The notes: generated from the sequence alone by a model not told the origin. 64,000 nt of DNA from an uncultured Acidimicrobiaceae bacterium (GCA_963750465.1 CAVVRE010000007.1:21818-85817); one strand, 5' to 3'; shown: positions 42,410 through 53,374, counted from the stretch's first letter. Made by a program: numbers and translations.

Positions 42410-42678
42410 GCGACCCTTACAACCGGGCCCCCGGCGGGAGGGCGAGCGCCGTCCTCGAGTACCTCGCTCGCCAGATCGTCGACGAACCTGATGCCGTCGG
42501 TGTCGAAATGGGCACGGGCCAGGCGGGCCATGCTGTGCGCCTCCGGTTGCAGGTGGCCCCGGGCGACGTCGGCCGGGTCATTGGCCGGCGGGGCCGGACG
42601 GCCCAGGCCATTCGGGCCATCACCCGCGCCGCCGCCGCCAGGGACGGCGAAGAGGTCTTCGTCGACATAGCCGACTGA
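42406..42678 (+). CDS. KH-domain RNA-binding protein (YlqC/UPF0109)
   Basis: '[15 protein letters not shown]' GXXG KH motif. Conserved position between rpsP and rimM. Confidence 0.8.
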   Translation: MSDPYNRAPGGRASAVLEYLARQIVDEPDAVGVEMGTGQAGHAVRLRLQVAPGDVGRVIGRRGRTAQAIRAITRAAAARDGEEVFVDIAD

Positions 42679-42831
42679 GTGGCCGGCGAAGCACAACCGC
42701 CACGGAGACCGGGGGGCGACCGGTGCGTACCTGCCCGGGAGGTCGCGCCAAGAGGGCCGTGTGGCCCAGCCGGAATTGAGATCAGTCGCCGCCATGTGCC
42801 GGGCCAGTAGGTTTTCCTGCGGGCGCTGACC

Positions 42832-43311
42832 ATGCTGCTGGAAATAGGGCATGTGGCCCGTCCTCACGGGTTGGGCGGTGAGCTGGTGGTCGAACTCCTG
42901 AGCACCGTCGAAACGCGTTTGGCCCCCGGCAGCGTGCTCGACTGCCAGGGGCGCCAGCTGGTGGTCGACGCTTCTCAGGCGGTGCCGGGCAAAGCCGGCC
43001 CCCGGGGTGGCCGATGGCTGGTGCGGTTCGCCGGAGTGGGCACCCGCGAAGAGGCCGAACGCCTGGTCGGGGCCACACTGCAGGCGGAAGCGCAGACGGG
43101 GGCGGAGGGCCTGTGGGTCCACGAACTGATCGGTTCAGAGGTGGTGGACCAGTCCGGGGAAAGCCACGGCAAGGTGGCGACCGTCGAAGCCAACCCCGCC
43201 AGTGACCTGCTCGTGCTCGAGAGCGGGGCGCTCGTCCCCTTGAGGTTCGTGGTGGAGGCCGAGCCCGGCAAGCTGACAGTGGACGCGCCGGCGGGCTTGT
43301 TCGACACATGA
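42832..43311 (+). CDS. rimM: Ribosome maturation factor RimM
   Basis: 'LEIGHVARPHGLGGELVVEL' and a PRC barrel. Confidence 0.85.
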   Translation: MLLEIGHVARPHGLGGELVVELLSTVETRLAPGSVLDCQGRQLVVDASQAVPGKAGPRGGRWLVRFAGVGTREEAERLVGATLQAEAQTGAEGLWVHELIGSEVVDQSGESHGKVATVEANPASDLLVLESGALVPLRFVVEAEPGKLTVDAPAGLFDT

Positions 43312-44075
43312 GGACCGAGATCTTCACCATCTTCCCCGACCTGGTCTCGACGTGGGCCGGGGCCAGCCTGATCGGCAAGGCGTGGAGGAGCGGGGCGATC
43401 GAGATCGTTGTCCACGACCTGCGGGCCGGGGCCAATGACCCCCACCGGAGCGTGGACGACAGCCCGTTCGGGGGGGGCGCCGGGATGGTGCTGGCGCCGG
43501 AACCGGTCTTCAATGCGGTCGAAGCGGCCGGCCCGGTCAGGCCGCTGTTCTTGCTGGGGCCGGGCGGCCGGCGCTTCGACCAGGCGATGGCCCACGAACT
43601 CGCGGCCAGCCCGGGCTTCTCTCTCCTGTGCGGCCGCTACGAAGGGGTCGACGAGCGGGTCGCAGACCACCTCGTGGACGGAGAGTTGTCGATAGGTGAC
43701 TACGTCCTGGCCGGCGGGGAAGCGGCCGCCATCGTGGTGGTCGAAGCCGTGGCCCGGTTGGTGCCCGGTGTCATGGGCAATGCCGCGTCCAGCGAAGAGG
43801 AGAGCTTCGCCGACGGCTTGCTCGAGTACCCCCAGTACACGAGGCCGGCAGAATTTCGCGGTTGGGGGGCGCCTGAGGTCCTGTTGTCCGGACACCACGA
43901 ACGGGTGGCTCAGTGGAGGAGGGCGGCGGCACTGGCCCGCACGCTGCAGCGGCGGCCGGATTTGATAACGGCCCGAGGGGGAATTTCGACCGAGGAAAAG
44001 AGCCTGCTGGTCGAATGGGGCTTCGATGCTCTAGTCTCTTCTACCTATGGGCCCGACCGACCTGATCGACCGTGA
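43308..44075 (+). CDS. trmD: tRNA (guanine37-N1)-methyltransferase
   Basis: '[13 protein letters not shown]...GGGAGMVL...' SPOUT knot motifs. Confidence 0.85.
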   Translation: MRTEIFTIFPDLVSTWAGASLIGKAWRSGAIEIVVHDLRAGANDPHRSVDDSPFGGGAGMVLAPEPVFNAVEAAGPVRPLFLLGPGGRRFDQAMAHELAASPGFSLLCGRYEGVDERVADHLVDGELSIGDYVLAGGEAAAIVVVEAVARLVPGVMGNAASSEEESFADGLLEYPQYTRPAEFRGWGAPEVLLSGHHERVAQWRRAAALARTLQRRPDLITARGGISTEEKSLLVEWGFDALVSSTYGPDRPDRP

Positions 44076-44397
44076 GAGCTTGCGCGACGACGTTCCCGAC
44101 TTCTCCCCCGGGGACACCGTCCGGGTGCACGTGCGCGTCGTTGAGGGTAATCGAGAGCGGGTACAGGCTTTTCAGGGCGCCGTTATCGCCCGCAAGGGTT
44201 CGGGGGTGCGGGAGACGTTCACCGTTCGGAAGGTGAGCTCGGGCGTCGGGGTCGAGCGGACCTGGCCGGTCCACTCCCCGTCGATAGCCCGGGTCGAGCT
44301 GGTCACCCTGGGCGATGTGCGGCGGGCCAAGCTCTACTACCTGCGTGATCGGATCGGTAAAGCGGCCAAGATCAAGGAAAAGCGCATACCCCGCTGA
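44047..44397 (+). CDS. rplS: 50S ribosomal protein L19
   Basis: '[37 protein letters not shown]'. Confidence 0.9.
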   Translation: MGPTDLIDRESLRDDVPDFSPGDTVRVHVRVVEGNRERVQAFQGAVIARKGSGVRETFTVRKVSSGVGVERTWPVHSPSIARVELVTLGDVRRAKLYYLRDRIGKAAKIKEKRIPR

Positions 44398-44506
44398 GTG
44401 TGCGGGTGGCCCCAGGGGGGGCCGGTTCTGCTCAGGCCGGTCCAGCTGAGCAGCAGTCAGGTCGTACCATGCTGGTATATGGGTATGTGGGCGTACGTCA
44501 TGGAGG

Positions 44507-44806
44507 GTGGGTATGAGCGCTGAGGACCTGGAGCGCTACGAGACCGAGATAGAGCTGGCACTCTTTCAGGAGTACCGAGCGGTCCTCCCGATGTTCCGCT
44601 ATGTGGTGGAGACCGAGCGGAGGTTTTATCTCGCGAACGACGTCCAGATGGAAGCCCACGGAGAGGGTTCCCGCGCGTTCTTCGAGGTGAAACTGGCCGA
44701 CGCCTGGGTCTGGGACATGTACCGCCCAGCCCGCTTTGTCTCGAGTGTGCGGGTGGTGACGTTCAAGGACGTGAACGTCGAGGAACTGCCTGAAAAAGAG
44801 ATTTAG
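44507..44806 (+). CDS. Conserved actinobacterial DUF2469 protein (Rv2901c-like)
   Basis: 'MSAEDLERYETEIELALFQEYRAVLPMFRYVVETERRFYLAN...AWVWDMYRPARFVSSVRVVTFKDVNVEEL'. Confidence 0.7.
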   Translation: MGMSAEDLERYETEIELALFQEYRAVLPMFRYVVETERRFYLANDVQMEAHGEGSRAFFEVKLADAWVWDMYRPARFVSSVRVVTFKDVNVEELPEKEI

Positions 44807-44856
44807 CTCCAGGCCGGCGGGCCTTGGGCGTCACTGGTGCCTGGCAATGTAGACGC

Positions 44857-45306
44857 ATGACCAGCTCGGTCCGGCCAGCCGCGGAGCAACGGGGGCGTGC
44901 GTCGGTTGGCGGGGCTGCGGTTGCTCGGGCTGCCGTTGGCCGGGCTGCCCTCGGCCGGGCTGGTGAGGACCTGGCCGCCGGCTGGTACGAGGCTCACGGC
45001 TACGAGGTCCTGGCCCGCAACTGGCGCTGCCGGGAGGGCGAGCTGGACATCGTGGCCCGCCGCGACCGGCTCGTCGTTTTCTGCGAGGTGAAGGCGCGCA
45101 CCTCAGATGCCTTCGGCCTGCCGGGCGAGGCGGTGGGCCCGCTGAAGCAGGCCAGAGTTCGGCGCCTGGCCGCCCTCTGGTATGCCGATCAGGCTTCGGC
45201 CGGCGGTGATGGCGGGCTTGGCCGGGGGCGGCGGGGTGGACCCGCCCGCTTCGACGTGGCCTCCGTGCTGGCCGGCGCAGTCGAGGTGGTAGAGGGGGCT
45301 TTTTAG
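44857..45306 (+). CDS. yraN: YraN-family (UPF0102) putative endonuclease. The start is uncertain
   Basis: 'GRAGEDLAAGWYEAHGYEVLARNWRCREGELDIVARRDRLVVFCEVKAR'. Confidence 0.75.
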   Translation: MTSSVRPAAEQRGRASVGGAAVARAAVGRAALGRAGEDLAAGWYEAHGYEVLARNWRCREGELDIVARRDRLVVFCEVKARTSDAFGLPGEAVGPLKQARVRRLAALWYADQASAGGDGGLGRGRRGGPARFDVASVLAGAVEVVEGAF

Positions 45307-45319
45307 GCTCCCGTTCGCC

Positions 45320-45402
45320 CTTGCTTCCCCGGGGGCGCCCTTACTTCGCCGGGGGGCGCCGTTACTTCGCCGGGGGGCGCCGTTACTTCCCCGGGCGGCG
45401 CC
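45320..45402. repeat. 20-21-bp tandem repeat (GTTACTTCGCCGGGGGGCGCC-like, 4 copies) between convergent yraN and a Zn-ribbon gene. The last copy overlaps the latter's final codons
   Basis: Copies at 45320, 45340, 45361 and 45382. Confidence 0.8.
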
Positions 45403-45691
45403 GGTCCCGCATCATCCAGCAGGCCGTGTGCCAGTGCCGGCGTAGGTCGGGCGCGTCTCTTGGCACCACGACCACGTGGGCCGTCCCGGCGGTGATCTCT
45501 TGCTGGCAGCCCGGGCAGATGTAGGCTTTGCGGGCCTGGGAGGGGTGGATGCGCCGCACGTCAAGGCCGAGGGAGTCACCGGTGGCGGCCAGGTCAGCGA
45601 TCTCCTGAAGTTCCTCGAGCTTGAGTGGCGCCCGTATCGGCCCGCGCCGGCGCCCACGGCGTCTAGGGGCATGACGGGCCACGCCTGACAA
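45383..45691 (-). CDS. Small hypothetical protein with a CxxC...H.H..C zinc-ribbon-like motif
   Basis: 'YICPGCQQEI...HWHTACW'. 102 aa. Confidence 0.45.
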   Translation of the reverse strand: MSGVARHAPRRRGRRRGPIRAPLKLEELQEIADLAATGDSLGLDVRRIHPSQARKAYICPGCQQEITAGTAHVVVVPRDAPDLRRHWHTACWMMRDRRRPGK

Positions 45692-45857
45692 GCTACCTAC
45701 AGCGGAAGCCGCCGGCCTGTGGCCCGAGGGATCCGCGGCCCAAGGGATCCAGGGCCAAGGATTCCGTCACCACCGGCTGGTAGCGTCACCCGCCGTTGCT
45801 CGTGGCCGGCAGCTGGCCTCCTAAACCCGGTTCGACTCTGTTTTGGGGGTGTTGCTG

Positions 45858-47501
45858 ATGTTGGCGACCGTTTCTTCGGCCACACTGGTCGGCGTCGACG
45901 GTCACGCCGTCGCCGTTGAAGTCCATGTAAGCAATGGCTTGCCGGGCTTCCGGGTGGTTGGCCTGCCCGACGCTTCATGTCGCGAGTCGCGCGACCGGGC
46001 GCGGGCCGCCATCATCTCCAGCGGGTTCAAATGGCCCCAGAGGCGGGTCACGGTCAACCTGGCCCCTTCGGGGCTGCGCAAGGCCGGCTCCGGCTTGGAC
46101 GTGGCCATTGCCCTGGGCGTTCTGGCCGCAGACGACCAGGTCCCGGTGCGCTGTGTGGACGGGCTGGCGTTCATCGGCGAGCTCGGCCTCGACGGGTCTT
46201 TGCGGCGCGTGCCGGGGGTTCTCCCGCTCGTCGCCGCAATTAAGGAGACCACAGTCGTCGTGGCGCCGGCGTGTGCCCAGGAGGCCTCGTTCGTACAGCG
46301 GTCAACGGTCAGGGCGGTGGCCACCCTCAGAGACCTGGTGCAGGTGTTGAAGGCCGGCTCCGGTTGGCCGGAACTCCCTGTTGGCCCGGACGTCGAGGTC
46401 GAGCCGCCGGCGCCCGACCTGGCTGAGGTACGGGGCCAGCCGTTCGGGCGTCAGGCGCTGGAAGTCGCCGCGGCCGGCGGTCATCACCTGTTGATGGTCG
46501 GCCCGGCGGGTGCAGGCAAGACCATGCTGGCCCGCCGGCTGCCGGGCATCCTGCCGCCGCTTTCGCAGGCTGAGGCGCTCGAGGTGGCCAACATCTACTC
46601 AGCGGCCGGTCTGGATCTGGCGGGCGCCGGCCTCTCTGTGCGGCCACCCTTCAGGTCACCTCACCACAGCGCCTCGGCCGTGTCGCTGATCGGTGGAGGA
46701 GGCGCCAGGCTTCGGCCGGGCGAGATCAGCTGCGCCCATTGCGGGGTCCTGTTCCTGGACGAGCTGGCCGAGTTCCCCGGTTCGGTGCTCGACAACCTGC
46801 GCCAGCCTCTGGAGGAGGGTCGGGTCGTCGTGTGCCGGGCCAGCGCCGCCGTGGCCTTCCCCGCCCGTTTCATGCTGGTGGCGGCGATGAACGGGTGCCG
46901 CTGCGGGGCTGACGGCTCGCCCGGCTCCTGTCGCTGCCCCGACGCCGCCCGTGCCCGGTACGCGGCCCGGATTTCAGGCCCGCTCCTCGACCGCTTCGAC
47001 CTGCGCATAAGGGTGCACCGACCGGACGTCGAGGCTCTCCTCGGGACGAGCGAGGGGCGGTCTTCGTCCTCGGTAGCCGGCGGGGCACCGGAACCATCGG
47101 CGGTCGTCGCCGCCAGGGTCGACGCTGCTCGTCGGCTCGTCCAGGAAGTAAGAGGGGCGCGGTGCAACGCCGAGGTGCCCGCCTGGCGCCTGGAAGGCGT
47201 TGCTCCATTGAGCCCCGGCGCCAGGCGGCTGCTCGAACGTCGGCTGCGTGAGGGACGTCTATCGGCGCGCGGCCTCGATCGCGCCCGAAGGGTGGCGCTC
47301 ACGGTCGCCGACCTGGCCGGACACGATGGCCCGCTGCTGGAGGAGCACGTTCTACTGGCGCTGGCGCTGCGGGAGCCCGAGCCTTTTGGCGAGGGCACCG
47401 TTGGTCTCGGGGCGCGGTCGGCCCCGGCGTCGGGCGCCGGGATGACAGGAGAGCTCGCCCCGGTCCGGCCTGCGTCAGCGTTAGGGCTGGTGCGGCCGTG
47501 A
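45858..47501 (+). CDS. comM: Mg-chelatase-like AAA+ ATPase YifB/ComM
   Basis: 'LLMVGPAGAGKTMLARRLPGILPPLS', Lon-like N-terminus, 'VLFLDELAEF' and a Zn-finger-like 'CRCGADGSPGSCRC'. Confidence 0.85.
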   Translation: MLATVSSATLVGVDGHAVAVEVHVSNGLPGFRVVGLPDASCRESRDRARAAIISSGFKWPQRRVTVNLAPSGLRKAGSGLDVAIALGVLAADDQVPVRCVDGLAFIGELGLDGSLRRVPGVLPLVAAIKETTVVVAPACAQEASFVQRSTVRAVATLRDLVQVLKAGSGWPELPVGPDVEVEPPAPDLAEVRGQPFGRQALEVAAAGGHHLLMVGPAGAGKTMLARRLPGILPPLSQAEALEVANIYSAAGLDLAGAGLSVRPPFRSPHHSASAVSLIGGGGARLRPGEISCAHCGVLFLDELAEFPGSVLDNLRQPLEEGRVVVCRASAAVAFPARFMLVAAMNGCRCGADGSPGSCRCPDAARARYAARISGPLLDRFDLRIRVHRPDVEALLGTSEGRSSSSVAGGAPEPSAVVAARVDAARRLVQEVRGARCNAEVPAWRLEGVAPLSPGARRLLERRLREGRLSARGLDRARRVALTVADLAGHDGPLLEEHVLLALALREPEPFGEGTVGLGARSAPASGAGMTGELAPVRPASALGLVRP

Positions 47502-48745
47502 GCGACCAGCTCCTGGGCTCGCCTGCGCTGCCGGCGGCCGCTTACGCCGCTGCCCTGGCGTGCTTGCCGGGCGTAGGACCGGCATGGCTGGTCGACGTGC
47601 TCCGTCGCCATCCGCCCGAACGAGCCTGGGAGCTGGTCGCGGCGGGCAAGCTCAGCCGGCCGGCGCGAGGCCGCCCTATGCCAACGGCGCCGGAGTGGTC
47701 AGAGGCGGCGGGCCGGGTCGATCTCGGCGCCCTCTGGGGCCGCTGCCAGCGCGGTGGGATCGACGTCACGTGGCCCGGGCAACCCGGCTACCCGTCGGCA
47801 CTGGCCGGCGGGCCGGCGCCGGCGGGCGTCATCTTCTCGGCCGGGAACATCGAAGCGCTCGAGGTCCGGCCCTGTGTCGCCATCGTGGGCACCCGGCGTT
47901 GTACCCCCGATGGAGCCGTTACCGCTCACCAGCTGGCGTACGACCTGTCGGGTGCGGGTGTCTGCGTGGTGTCAGGATTGGCGCTGGGGATCGACGGCGC
48001 CGCCCACGCCGGCGCCTTGGCTGCAGCGCGCGACCTCGGACCGGGCGCAGCGGACGCCGGCTCGACCGTGGGCGTCGCCGCCAGCGGGGTCGACGTCGTC
48101 TACCCCCGCCGGCACGCCGCGCTATGGAGGGAGGTCGTTTCGCTCGGCGCCGTCGTGTCAGAGACGCCGCCCGGCTGGCCGGCGCAGGCGTGGCGGTTCC
48201 CGTCGCGCAACCGGCTCATTGCCGCCTTCGCCCGCATTGTCGTAGTGGTCGAATGCCACGCCAGCGGGGGATCGTGGCACACGGTGGAGGCGGCTCTACG
48301 CCGGGGGACCGAGGTGGCCGCGGTGCCCGGATCTGTCCACAGTTCTGCTTCGGTCGGCACCAACACCCTGCTCCACGAGGGGGCCACACCTGTCCGTGGC
48401 GCTCAGGATGTCCTCGACGCGCTGGGGATGTTCGAAACCGCCGGCTCGACGTCAGCCAGGGCGGCGGCCGGCGGAGGCCGGCCGGGCGGCCGCGGCCACG
48501 GCACCTCCCCGGGAACGTCAGACCGAACATCCGGTCCGGGGCCAAAACCGGCCCCGCCGGCCGGCCCGTTCGGTGCCCTCGACGACAGGGTCCGGTCCGC
48601 CGTCAGCTGGCGCCCGCTCTGCCTGGAGGAAATAGTGGAGCGGAGCGGGCTACCGCTCGGAGCGGTAGTGGTGGCCCTGGACCGGCTCGAGCAGCAGGGG
48701 AGTGTTTCCGTGGGATCGGGGTGGTGGGTCAGAAAGGCCCAGTAA
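47498..48745 (+). CDS. dprA: DNA-processing protein DprA/Smf
   Basis: 'VAIVGTRRCTPDGAVTAHQLAYDLSGAGVCVVSGLALGIDGAAHAGAL' Rossmann-like DprA core. Confidence 0.85.
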   Translation: MSDQLLGSPALPAAAYAAALACLPGVGPAWLVDVLRRHPPERAWELVAAGKLSRPARGRPMPTAPEWSEAAGRVDLGALWGRCQRGGIDVTWPGQPGYPSALAGGPAPAGVIFSAGNIEALEVRPCVAIVGTRRCTPDGAVTAHQLAYDLSGAGVCVVSGLALGIDGAAHAGALAAARDLGPGAADAGSTVGVAASGVDVVYPRRHAALWREVVSLGAVVSETPPGWPAQAWRFPSRNRLIAAFARIVVVVECHASGGSWHTVEAALRRGTEVAAVPGSVHSSASVGTNTLLHEGATPVRGAQDVLDALGMFETAGSTSARAAAGGGRPGGRGHGTSPGTSDRTSGPGPKPAPPAGPFGALDDRVRSAVSWRPLCLEEIVERSGLPLGAVVVALDRLEQQGSVSVGSGWWVRKAQ

Positions 48746-48769
48746 GGAAGGTCGGGTAAGGGGCGGCCA

Positions 48770-49591
48770 ATGTGGTGGAGAGGACGAATGAAACAAGGGC
48801 GGCCGTCGATCACGGCTCAGAGGGTGGCCGCCCATCGCTTGACCTTTGAACGCCTGCCCGCACCGTATGGAGACCCTCGAGTCGACCTGGACCTGGCCCG
48901 TGACGTCGCCTCCGGGACGGAAGCCTCAAGCGGACGGATGCATGAATACCTGCGCGCCCGCACGGCGTTCTTCGACCGGGTCGTAGTCGGTGCGCTGGAC
49001 GGGGGGACGAGCCAGGTTGTGATCGGGGCCGCCGGCTACGACGGGCGAGCGTTCAGGTACGCAAAGCCGGGGGTCACGTGGTTCGAGCTCGACCATCCGT
49101 CCACCCAACGCGACAAAGTGGCGCGGTTAGCTGGCGTCGGCGCGACAACAGACCATGTGCGCTTCGTGGCCGCGGACTTCGCCGTCGACCCCATTGCCGC
49201 CGGGCTACTCGAAGCGGGTCTCGACCCGCGAGCAAAATGCCTGTTCCTGCTGGAGGGGGTGGCGGTGTACCTCGAACCCACCACCCTCGAGCGGGTGCTA
49301 CGCCAGCTCAGGGAGGTCGCCGCGGACGGGAGCCGCTTGGCCATCAGCGTGGCCACGGCGGGACAGGACCCGGTGGCGCGGGCCAGGTTCCGGGCGGCGG
49401 TGGCGGCGGTAGGAGAACCGGTCCGCTCGACGATGGGGCTCGCAGATGCCGGCGCTGTGCTGGCGGGCGCGGGGTGGGGCTGGCTGGCGGGGCCCGGCGG
49501 GGACCCCGAAGAGCAGGCCCGGCACGAACGCCTTGGTTCGATCGGTCTCCTGGTCGCCGGGGCGGCCAGCGCAACGGCAATCGATGACTGA
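48770..49591 (+). CDS. Class I SAM-dependent methyltransferase of the leucine-carboxyl-MTase/mycobacterial O-MTase family
   Basis: 'ITAQRVAAHR...FFDRVVVGALDGGTSQVVIGAAGYDGRAFRY...WFELDHPSTQ'. Confidence 0.75.
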   Translation: MWWRGRMKQGRPSITAQRVAAHRLTFERLPAPYGDPRVDLDLARDVASGTEASSGRMHEYLRARTAFFDRVVVGALDGGTSQVVIGAAGYDGRAFRYAKPGVTWFELDHPSTQRDKVARLAGVGATTDHVRFVAADFAVDPIAAGLLEAGLDPRAKCLFLLEGVAVYLEPTTLERVLRQLREVAADGSRLAISVATAGQDPVARARFRAAVAAVGEPVRSTMGLADAGAVLAGAGWGWLAGPGGDPEEQARHERLGSIGLLVAGAASATAIDD

Positions 49592-49630
49592 GACGATACT
49601 GCTGGCTAGCCGCGGGCTGGTCCCAACCGG

Positions 49631-50413
49631 CTACTGCTCGAGGAGCTCGGCCTGTTCGGCGGGCGGGACGGATATCCCGGCCATTTCCAGGCCGTGCTCG
49701 AGGCGGTGCACCACGGTCTCGATGACGTTCACCCGGGCGTACTGCTTGTTCTCGGCCGAAACCACGTGCCAACGAGATTCAGCGGGGCTGGTCCGCGACA
49801 GCATTTCTTCGACGGCCTTGACGTAAGCCGGCCGTTTGGCCCGGTTCCTCCAGTCTTCGTCGGTCAATTTCCAGCGCCGCAGGGGGTCGTCGCGCCGGCT
49901 CTCGAAGCGGGCCAGCTGCTCCTCGGAGGAGATATGCAGCCAGAACTTGACGATCGTCGTCCCTTCGGTCACGAGGCTTTTCTCAAATGAGACGATCTCG
50001 TCATAGGCGCGCTTCCACTCTGGTTCGGTGGCGAACCCCTCCACTCGTTCGACGAGGACGCGCCCGTACCAGGACCGGTCGTAGACGGCCATCCCGCCCA
50101 ACCCGGGGAGGTTAGGGCAGAAACGCCACAGGAAGTGGTGGCGCTTTTCTCGCTCGGTCGGCGCGGCATACGACTGGACCCGGACGTGGCGGGGGTCCAG
50201 GCCGGCGACGAGACGTTTGATGGCGCCGCCCTTTCCGGCGGCGTCCCACCCTTCGAACACGACGCACAGCCCGGGGCCCAAACGACCGTCGCCGATCAGT
50301 CCGCCGGCCACGAGACGGAGCTGGAGCAGGCGGCGGCCCATCCGGGCCAGGCGCTTCTCGCTTTCCGACCGAGACATCTTGAGCGAAAGGTCCACCTGGT
50401 CGAGCTTTCCCAT
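49631..50413 (-). CDS. ppk2: Polyphosphate kinase 2 family protein
   Basis: 'VVFEGWDAAGKGGAIKRL...YDRSWYGRVLVERVEG' Walker A/lid. Confidence 0.85.
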   Translation of the reverse strand: MGKLDQVDLSLKMSRSESEKRLARMGRRLLQLRLVAGGLIGDGRLGPGLCVVFEGWDAAGKGGAIKRLVAGLDPRHVRVQSYAAPTEREKRHHFLWRFCPNLPGLGGMAVYDRSWYGRVLVERVEGFATEPEWKRAYDEIVSFEKSLVTEGTTIVKFWLHISSEEQLARFESRRDDPLRRWKLTDEDWRNRAKRPAYVKAVEEMLSRTSPAESRWHVVSAENKQYARVNVIETVVHRLEHGLEMAGISVPPAEQAELLEQ

Positions 50414-50465
50414 GACCGCAATTTAAGCCCGTAGGGGTGCGGGACGCACGTGGCCGCAGCCGGGG

Positions 50466-51152
50466 TCAGTCGATCAAAAGGGGAGCCGGCGGCGGCCCTG
50501 ACGCCAGCCAGTCGGCGATCAACGAGGCCAGGAGCGGGGGGTAGACGGTCTCCTCCGTGGCGGACAGCTCCTTCAACGGCCACCAGCGACTCCCGGTGGT
50601 AAACCGCAGCTCCAGATCGGTAAGAGCGACCGGCTTGACCTCGAACCTTTCGGCCCTGACCACGAAGATCGACTCGTGCTGCTCGAAGTGGCGCCCGTCG
50701 AAAGGGAAGCTGACATGACGCTCCCACACGACGGGCCCGAGGTCGCCCAGCCTGGCCCCGGTCTCTTCATATATCTCCCGGTGCACGGCCTCTTCGAGGC
50801 TTTCCCCGGCCACGGCCCCACCCCCAGGAAGGATCCAGAAACCGGGCTCGTCCACACTCCCGGGCTCGATACCCGACTGCAACAGCACGGCGTTACCCAC
50901 GTCGAGCAACGCCACCCGGCCCGCCCGGCGGCGGGACGTTAGGCGGAGGCCGGACAGCGGCACGTCATCTTGTTCGACTTGTGGCCGGGGCCGGGGATCG
51001 AGGGCCAGCCAATTTGGCGGCGGCAAAACGGGGGCACGCTCGATGGTCGAGTACGCCGTTCGCTGTGTCAACTGATTTTCCGGCGGTCGTCGCATCGAGG
51101 CTCGGGCCTTGTCGCGGTCGACAGCACCCTGGGCACCCTGGGCTTTAGACAC
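50466..51152 (-). CDS. NUDIX hydrolase. The start may lie further downstream
   Basis: Nudix box 'GGGAVAGESLEEAVHREIYEETG'. Confidence 0.75.
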   Translation of the reverse strand: MSKAQGAQGAVDRDKARASMRRPPENQLTQRTAYSTIERAPVLPPPNWLALDPRPRPQVEQDDVPLSGLRLTSRRRAGRVALLDVGNAVLLQSGIEPGSVDEPGFWILPGGGAVAGESLEEAVHREIYEETGARLGDLGPVVWERHVSFPFDGRHFEQHESIFVVRAERFEVKPVALTDLELRFTTGSRWWPLKELSATEETVYPPLLASLIADWLASGPPPAPLLID

Positions 51153-51456
51153 CGATCGACTCAGGGGCTACGATTTACCACTGTGGGTTCCCTCGTTAGC
51201 GCTGAGAGTGGCCGGAGGGTGGCGGAAAGCGCCGAGCATCCAGCCGGGAGGGCGAGGGGAGCCACCTTGCGCGAGATCAACGAGACCGGACCTCAGCAGA
51301 GCCCCAGGAAGGCCGCCTCTCGGAAGACTGGGCCGCTGACGGAAGAGCCTCGGACGGCAGGGCCGGCTAGGCCGGCTCCGAGCGGGGTAGTCGAGCCGGG
51401 GGCAGTAGTCGAGCCGGGCGCAGTAGACGCCGCCTGGCAGCTGCCCGATTGGGTCA

Positions 51457-52355
51457 TGTCGCTCACCGACCTGTCGGATGCCAGTAGGCGGGCGTACGAA
51501 AACGGAGTGCGGTCGTTCATCACCTGGGCCCAGCGGGCCGGGATCAGGGAGCCCGGCCGGGTTACCCGCCTGGTCCTGCGGCGGCACCTCGCGTACATGG
51601 CTACCAGGAATTATGCCCGTCAGACGGTGACACAGCGGGCCTCAGCGCTCAGGCGCTATTTCGGCTGGCTCACTCGTCAGGGAGTGGTGGCGGGCGACCC
51701 AACCGCTAGCCTCACGGCCCGCACGGGTGAGTCCCGCCTCCCCCGGGTGCTGTCACGGGGAGAGCTCGGAGTGATCCTGGACGGGCCGCCAGGGCGAGGC
51801 AAGCCGGTACAAGAGGACCCGGCGCGAGACGAGCCGGTGCGAGAGAAAGTGGCGGCCGAGGCGGTTCGCCTACGCGACGACGCTGCCCTGGAGCTGCTGT
51901 ACGGGAGCGGTTTGCGGGTCAGCGAACTGTGTGGTCTCTCAGTGGCAGACGTGGACGCGCGGGGCCGCTGGGCGACCGTGTGGGGCAAGGGGTCCAAGCA
52001 ACGCCGGGTGCCAATTTCCGAAGACTCGGTCACCGCCATAAAGCGCTGGCTGGCCGATGGCCGCCCAGAAATGGCAGGCACCGAGTCACCCGCCGACGCC
52101 CTGTTCCTCAACTCGCGGGGCCGGCGCCTCGGGCCACGTGACGTGCGCCGCATCCTGGACCGGCGGTCGCCCACGCCCACCCACCCGCACGCTCTGCGCC
52201 ACAGCTTCGCCACTCACATGATCGATGGCGGCGCCGACCTTAGAGTTGTACAGGAGCTGCTCGGCCACGCCAGCGTCCGGACGACCCAGATCTACACCCA
52301 CGTGAGCAAGGAACGCCTGCTGGCCGTGTACGACCGATCACACCCGAGGGCCTGA
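51457..52355 (+). CDS. xerC: Tyrosine recombinase XerC/XerD family. An N-terminal extension is possible, and there is an 18-bp in-frame duplication just upstream
   Basis: '[12 protein letters not shown]...', then '[21 protein letters not shown]', '[39 protein letters not shown]'. Confidence 0.8.
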
Positions 52356-52383
52356 TGGAGAGACAAGCGGACGGAGATGGGAC

Positions 52384-53170
52384 TTGATGGAAACACAGGA
52401 GGCGGCCCCTCCAAGTGATGAATTGTGGGCCGAGTACAAACGGACCGGATCCAGGGAACTGCGGGACAAGCTGATCGTGCGGTACTCGCCGCTCGTCAAG
52501 TACGTCGCCGGCCGCGTTTCAGTCGGCCTGCCGCACACGATCGAGCAGGCTGACCTCGTCAGCTACGGCATCTTCGGGTTGATCGACGCCATCGAGAAGT
52601 TCGACCATCAGCGGGCCATCAAGTTCGAGACGTACGCCATTACCCGGGTCAAGGGGGCCATAATCGACGAACTGCGCAGCATCGACTGGGTCCCGCGGTC
52701 CATCCGGGCCAAGGCCAGAGCGATCGAGAAGGCTTACGCCAAGCTCGAGGCCGAAAACCTGCGGACGCCAAATGATGCGGAGGTGGCGCGCGAGCTCGGG
52801 CTCACGGAGGACGAGCTGCAGACGCAGTTCTCCCAGAATCTCGTTTGTGGGCATCGTGGCTCTGGACGAGGTGCTATCCGGCGGGGACCGCGGGGAGTCG
52901 ACCACGTTGGGCGACACTCTGGCCGACCGCCGTGAAGGCCCCATGCAGGCATTCGAGGTCGAGGAGATGAAGCAGATCCTGGCGGGAGCCATCAACCGGC
53001 TCGGTGACCGGGAGAAGATCGTCCTCACCCTCTACTACTACGAGAGCCTCACGCTGGCCGAGATCGGTCAGGTCCTCGGCGTGACCGAGAGCCGGGTGTG
53101 CCAAATCCACACGAAGGCGGTGCTGCAACTTAGAGGCCGGATGCTGGTGGCCGACAAAGAGTCGGCGTAG
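52384..53170 (+). CDS. whiG: FliA/WhiG-family RNA polymerase sigma factor, with an apparent frameshift at ~52850
   Basis: Regions 2-3 '[15 protein letters not shown]...[18 protein letters not shown]'. Region 4 '[33 protein letters not shown]' lies in the second frame (52772..53170). Confidence 0.75.
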
Positions 53171-53374
53171 GCGGGCACCTTCCCGGGCGAGGCCGGTAGG
53201 GGCGCCGCGGCTAACGAGCCAGGAGGGCCGCCCCGAACGTGTACGCTGGTAGAAGCCCGGTTTTGCCGCGGCCTAAATTACACCCGGGCGCCTCCACGGT
53301 CGCCCCAGGCCCTGAACCTCAGAGTGCCAAGGAGCGCTAGCGCCCGGGAACGACAACCGATGGAGAGGAGTGGC

